This document shows positions 6,364 through 10,531 of a stretch of DNA of 10,531 bases, piece after piece (positions within the stretch are counted from its first letter, which is position 1; each line of letters begins with the position of its first letter). Where the stretch lies: NCBI GenBank assembly GCA_029856525.1, contig JAHQXC010000046.1, positions 1 through 10,531 of the forward strand, read 5' to 3'. The translations under genes and the position numbers were made by a program. The notes beneath the pieces are model-generated. The model made no database searches and had not been told where the DNA came from. It saw nothing but the letters and a program-made list of their open reading frames with translations. This DNA comes from Candidatus Odinarchaeia archaeon (GTDB taxonomy: Archaea > Asgardarchaeota > Odinarchaeia > Odinarchaeales > Odinarchaeaceae).

Positions 6364-9321
6364 TTAATCTGATCTTTTGAAGAGAACAGTCACTTTTTCA
6401 CCGCTTATATTAAATTCGCTGATCGTATAATTTTCAACATTATTTTCAAATTCACTTAACAGTTTTAGAGATGAGGCGTTCACTTTAGAGAGCAATAGGT
6501 CTTGGAGATCTTTAACAGATTTGCTTATAAGGTTGCTTTTAGTAATTATTTGAAGATTTATTTTTTCACTGACATGGTAATTATTCTGTTTCCGAGCGAA
6601 CTGTATCCTTCTTATAAGCTCTCTTAATATTCGCTCCTCGACAAGCTGCTCATCCTCGCTTAAATCTAAGAAGATCTTGTATTCCTTTAACTCTTTGAAT
6701 TTTAACCCTTGATCTACTGGTGTTTCAGTTGAAACCTCTACTTGCTTAACATTAGCCATGGATTCTATTATAGATGTTATCTCTTCACTAAGCTTAATAT
6801 TAGAGGATACTATAATGAGTTTTTTACAAGGCCATCTTAATTTCACATTATTCTCTTGCCTTAAGGCGAGAGTGGCTTCTATGATCTCTCTAGCATTCTC
6901 CATTTCAGCTTCAAGATTGCGATCAACCATTTTTTCATCTACATTAGGCCAGCTAGTAAGGTGAACGCTTTCAGGGGCTTCAGCGTTCACGCTTTTAACG
7001 AAGTATTTGTATATGTAATCTGTTATGAAGGGGGTTATCGGAGCCATAATTCTAAGCAGACGCTCTAACACATAATATAAAGTGGATAAAGCCGCGTGCT
7101 TATCTTCAAGGTTATCCTGAGATGTAATCCGGTCGCGGATGATTTTAATATATAAGCGGCTTAAATCCTCTGTGATAAATTGTTCTAGTAATCTAGGCGC
7201 TTGGGGTATGTTGTAATCTTTGAAAAGATCATTTAACTTTTTAATTAAACTGTTTAACTTAGATATAATCCATTTATCCTCTAATCTTAAATCTGATAAG
7301 TCGAGTTTATCTGAAGGCTTGAACCCCTCTATTTTCATAAAGGTTGAAGCGTAAACGTATATATTATAGAAGATGTTGAGAACTTTCTCAGTGTCCTCTA
7401 TTTCCTTCCAGCCGAATTTCATATCTAAACCGGGTTCTGAGCAGCCTACACTGTAGAATCTGAAAGTATCCACCCCATACTTCTCTGTAACCACCTCCGG
7501 TAGAATAATGTTTCCAAGAGATTTACTCATCGGCCTACCTTCAGGATCGTTTACGAAACCGTGCATGTAAACTGCTTTATACGGGCACTTGTGGAAGGCT
7601 GCGGCTCCGAGACACATCATCGTGTTAAACCAGCCTCTTATCTGATCTTTACCTTCAAGAACGAGATCTGCACTACTCCAATCCTCGAATACCGGTTTAC
7701 CTAGCATAACAGGGGTTGAAGCCCACACCACTGAGCCGCTGTCAACCCACACATCTAAAACATCTTGAACTCTTTTAAACCAGCCTCCGCATTTACAAAC
7801 CCATTTAAATTCATCCACCCACGGTCGATGTAAATCATCTACTTTACGATTAGTTTTATTCTCCAACTCTTTTATCGAACCTATAACCTCTATAGCCCCG
7901 CATTTATCACAAACCCATATTGGGAGAGGTGTGCCCCAAAATCTTTGCCTTGAAATACACCAGTCTTGAACACTCTCAAGCCATTTATCAAACCAAGGGT
8001 TACCAGCCCACTTAGGAGTCCAGTTAACTTTAGAGTTTAAAAGTCTCATCTCATCTGAAAGCTTAGAAACGTTGATAAACCATTGTTCAACTGCACGGTA
8101 GATTAAAGGAGTCTTACACCTCCAGCAGTGAGGGTATTCATGCTCCACTTCCCCTTCGTATAATAAGAGGTTTTTACGCTTCAAATCCTTTAAAACTTCA
8201 AGGCTGGCATCCTTCACATGCATTCCAGCATACTTACCAGCTTCAGCCGTCATCCTACCTGATTCATCCACAGGGGAGAAAGCGGGTAAACCGTATTTTA
8301 AACCTACGATGAAGTCTTCTGGGCCGTGTCCTGGAGCTGTGTGGACGCAACCTGTACCCTGCTCTAAAGTCACATACTCATCGCTTAAGATTACTTTATG
8401 AGCGTTACTATATTTTTCACCAAGCTCTTTTTGGAATGGAACCTCCTCTAATAGACAGTGAATATAGGATAATCCCTCCAGTTTCTCACCGGGAATCTCC
8501 TCTATGATTTCGAAGCTTTTCCCTAGAAGGCCTTGGATAATCGAAACCGCCATTCCTTTAGCTAGAATCCAGATTTCATCTTCAACTTTAGCTCTCACAT
8601 AAGTATAGAATGGGTTAACCATAACAGCTAGATTAGCTGGCAGAGTCCAGGGTGTGGTGGTCCAGATCAGTATATACTCGTTTCCTCCTCCGGTTAGTTT
8701 GAATTTAACGAAAATAGATTTATCAGAGACATTCTTATACTCGTATTCGTGTTTAGCTAACGCGGTTTCACAGCGAGGACAGAAAGCTAAAGGTCTTAAT
8801 CCTTTATACAATAGTTTGTTTTCATATATTTTTTTAAGCCCGAACCAGACGCCTTCAATATAATCGTTTGTAAGCGTCATGTAAGGTTTACTCCAGTTCA
8901 TCGCTACGCCGAGTTTTTTAAACTGTTCTGTCATTTTACTCAGATTTTTTAAAGCGAATTCACGGCATTTTAAAGTAAATTCCGCTATTCCACCGGTTTC
9001 AATACTCTTTTTATCTTTAATTTTTAATTCTCTCTCAACTTTAACTTCAATAGGTAAACCGTGCATGTCAAAACCTGGTGTGTCTATTACTCTATGCCCT
9101 GTCATCCGTTTATATCTTAAAATAACATCCTTCAATATTTTATTCCAAGCGGTTCCTAAGTGAATGACGCCTGTGGTATATGGAGGGCCGTCTATAAAAA
9201 GGAATTCAGGGCGATTCTCTACTAGAGCAGTCATTTTCTCATATATTTTGCTAGCCTCCCAGAAATCGAATACCTCCTGTTCAGCTGATTTTCTAGAATA
9301 TACTTTCGGAAGCTCCTCCAT
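6364..9321 (-). CDS. ileS: Isoleucyl-tRNA synthetase (archaeal type)
   Basis: Motifs: DGPPYTTGVIHLGTAWNKILKD (HIGH variant), GFDMHGLPIE, editing domain WTTTPWTLPAN and GTGCVHTAPGHGPED, DWCISRQRFWG, EGKDQIRGWF, and PMSKSLGN (KMSKS variant). GGTGA SD upstream. Confidence 0.97.
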   Translation of the reverse strand: MEELPKVYSRKSAEQEVFDFWEASKIYEKMTALVENRPEFLFIDGPPYTTGVIHLGTAWNKILKDVILRYKRMTGHRVIDTPGFDMHGLPIEVKVERELKIKDKKSIETGGIAEFTLKCREFALKNLSKMTEQFKKLGVAMNWSKPYMTLTNDYIEGVWFGLKKIYENKLLYKGLRPLAFCPRCETALAKHEYEYKNVSDKSIFVKFKLTGGGNEYILIWTTTPWTLPANLAVMVNPFYTYVRAKVEDEIWILAKGMAVSIIQGLLGKSFEIIEEIPGEKLEGLSYIHCLLEEVPFQKELGEKYSNAHKVILSDEYVTLEQGTGCVHTAPGHGPEDFIVGLKYGLPAFSPVDESGRMTAEAGKYAGMHVKDASLEVLKDLKRKNLLLYEGEVEHEYPHCWRCKTPLIYRAVEQWFINVSKLSDEMRLLNSKVNWTPKWAGNPWFDKWLESVQDWCISRQRFWGTPLPIWVCDKCGAIEVIGSIKELENKTNRKVDDLHRPWVDEFKWVCKCGGWFKRVQDVLDVWVDSGSVVWASTPVMLGKPVFEDWSSADLVLEGKDQIRGWFNTMMCLGAAAFHKCPYKAVYMHGFVNDPEGRPMSKSLGNIILPEVVTEKYGVDTFRFYSVGCSEPGLDMKFGWKEIEDTEKVLNIFYNIYVYASTFMKIEGFKPSDKLDLSDLRLEDKWIISKLNSLIKKLNDLFKDYNIPQAPRLLEQFITEDLSRLYIKIIRDRITSQDNLEDKHAALSTLYYVLERLLRIMAPITPFITDYIYKYFVKSVNAEAPESVHLTSWPNVDEKMVDRNLEAEMENAREIIEATLALRQENNVKLRWPCKKLIIVSSNIKLSEEITSIIESMANVKQVEVSTETPVDQGLKFKELKEYKIFLDLSEDEQLVEERILRELIRRIQFARKQNNYHVSEKINLQIITKSNLISKSVKDLQDLLLSKVNASSLKLLSEFENNVENYTISEFNISGEKVTVLFKRSD

Positions 9322-9474
9322 TTCACCACACCGTTAACTTGTTTACAGTAAATAGAATTTTTTAAAATAAAATCACTTATAGTATAATTATTTTACTGTT
9401 GCTTGCTGACAACGAATAAGGTGGATATGCTTTTAAATTTTTTCATGTAAACTATTATCAAGGTTGACTTGTAA

Positions 9475-10531
9475 ATGCGGCGCATCATCCTTATAGCATT
9501 TATATTATTATCTAGTTTGATTGTAAGCCCAAATATTATCTCAGCCTCCCAGCAGCCTGCAATAATCTCAGAGATATCTGAAGCGAACATTCAATGGATT
9601 TTAAATAATCTAACAAGTTTCCAAACTAGACGCGCAGGAACTGTTGAATGCAATATGAGCGCTGAATACATCTACAATTATTTGAAGGCGATTAATATCA
9701 GCGTAGACTATGAGTTTTTTAACACTCCTAGTGGAGTGTTAGCCAATGTAGTTGCTGATATAACAGGTTCCAGCTTGAAAGAGAATTATGTGATTATAGG
9801 AGCTCACTATGATTCTATAAGTAGCAGTGGAAACGCTCCTGGAGCTGTTGACAACGCGGCAGCTGTAGCCGTATTAATGGAGTTAGCTAGAGTGTTATCT
9901 AATCACAGCCTATCTAGAAGCGTTAAAATTCTATTTTTCAGCGGAGAGGAGATCGGTAGATACGGGTCTTTAAACTGGGTGAGTAAAAATTACGAGATAA
10001 GATGGAATCTGACCGCTACACTCATACTTGACATGGTCGCTTACGGTAACAGTCTAGTTATAGATTATAATAGTGTCTCTAAACCTTTAGCTGACTACAT
10101 ATTCGAGAAAACCAGTTTTAAAAACTATTTGAGCGTTGAAGAGAATAATTATTTAAGCGATCATCAAAGCTTCTGGTCTGCGAATATACCAGCAGTATTA
10201 ATACACCAGAATAACCCGTTAGAGTATCCTTACTATCACACATCTGAGGATACTGTGGATAAAGTGAACTTTAAACTATTAGCTTTAACAGCCTCATTAA
10301 CTCTGGAAGCTGTCTACTTTCTAGCTACAGACCCAAGCTTAGAGAACCTATATTATAAAGCGAATCCTATTTATCTTATTATACTTATAGTTTTACCTAT
10401 AGTCTTTTTAACATGTTTAGGGTTAGTAGTGAGCTACTCCTCGACTAAAGTCGGGAGCTTCCAGCGTTCGTCTGAGGCTTTACGCCTTCAGTTACACGTG
10501 CTGGTTCGCGGGGCTCACAGCTCCGCCATCC
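9475..10531 (+). CDS. M28-family zinc aminopeptidase with signal peptide and C-terminal TM anchor; no stop in the window, runs into an IS end
   Basis: Manually translated from ATG 9475: MRRIILIAFILLSSLIVSPNIISA... Motifs GAHYDS, GAVDNAAAV, FSGEEIG, LDMV, SDH and YHTSED. TM helix IYLIILIVLPIVFLTCLGLV ends at 10428. Five N-X-S/T sequons. Confidence 0.9.
   Translation, partial: MRRIILIAFILLSSLIVSPNIISASQQPAIISEISEANIQWILNNLTSFQTRRAGTVECNMSAEYIYNYLKAINISVDYEFFNTPSGVLANVVADITGSSLKENYVIIGAHYDSISSSGNAPGAVDNAAAVAVLMELARVLSNHSLSRSVKILFFSGEEIGRYGSLNWVSKNYEIRWNLTATLILDMVAYGNSLVIDYNSVSKPLADYIFEKTSFKNYLSVEENNYLSDHQSFWSANIPAVLIHQNNPLEYPYYHTSEDTVDKVNFKLLALTASLTLEAVYFLATDPSLENLYYKANPIYLIILIVLPIVFLTCLGLVVSYSSTKVGSFQRSSEALRLQLHVLVRGAHSSAI
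10429..10531 (-). mobile_element. Right end / omegaRNA 3' region of an IS200/IS605- (or IS607-) family tnpB element; the rest lies beyond the window
   Basis: The minus strand reads ...CTGAAGGC-GTAAA-GCCTCAG ACGAACGCT GGAAG CTCCCGAC-TTTA-GTCGAGGAG TAGCTCAC. This shows a subterminal hairpin, GAAG at its foot, a TCAC end, and an upstream GTGAGC (10513-18) complementary to the terminal GCTCAC. GC content jumps abruptly relative to the host gene. Confidence 0.75.

Noticed and set aside
6758-6964. 68-aa plus-strand ORF
   Set aside because: Antisense shadow of ileS.
8654-8863. 69-aa plus-strand ORF
   Set aside because: Antisense shadow of ileS.
7515-9180. HLGT and PMSKS variants of the IleRS signature motifs as a novelty
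   Set aside because: Such variants fall within the normal range for archaeal IleRS as far as I know.
9393-9590. 65-aa minus-strand ORF
   Set aside because: Overlaps antisense to the signal-peptide region of the M28 peptidase, which has far stronger support.

Overview
AT-rich archaeal chromosomal window; the lineage cannot be fixed from sequence alone, and a thermophile such as an Asgard/TACK-type archaeon is only a guess. Left to right: (1) a secreted, sequon-rich protein running off the left edge (minus strand, absent from the ORF track); (2) two divergent phenylacetate-CoA-ligase-like adenylate-forming enzymes separated by a ~200-nt hairpin-rich segment that ends like an IS200/IS605 (TnpB omegaRNA) right end but has no tnpB; (3) a minus-strand run ileS > tRNA > aspartate kinase > OsmC-family gene; (4) a membrane-anchored M28 aminopeptidase (also absent from the track) whose 3' end runs without a stop into the right end of an IS200/IS605- or IS607-type tnpB element on the opposite strand. 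The tRNA is the clearest oddity. It reads as tRNA-Ile with the rare UAU anticodon, is split by three BHB-type introns (20a/21, 37/38, ~45/46), has C at position 55, and sits directly behind ileS. All folds and motif matches were done by eye; no searches were run.
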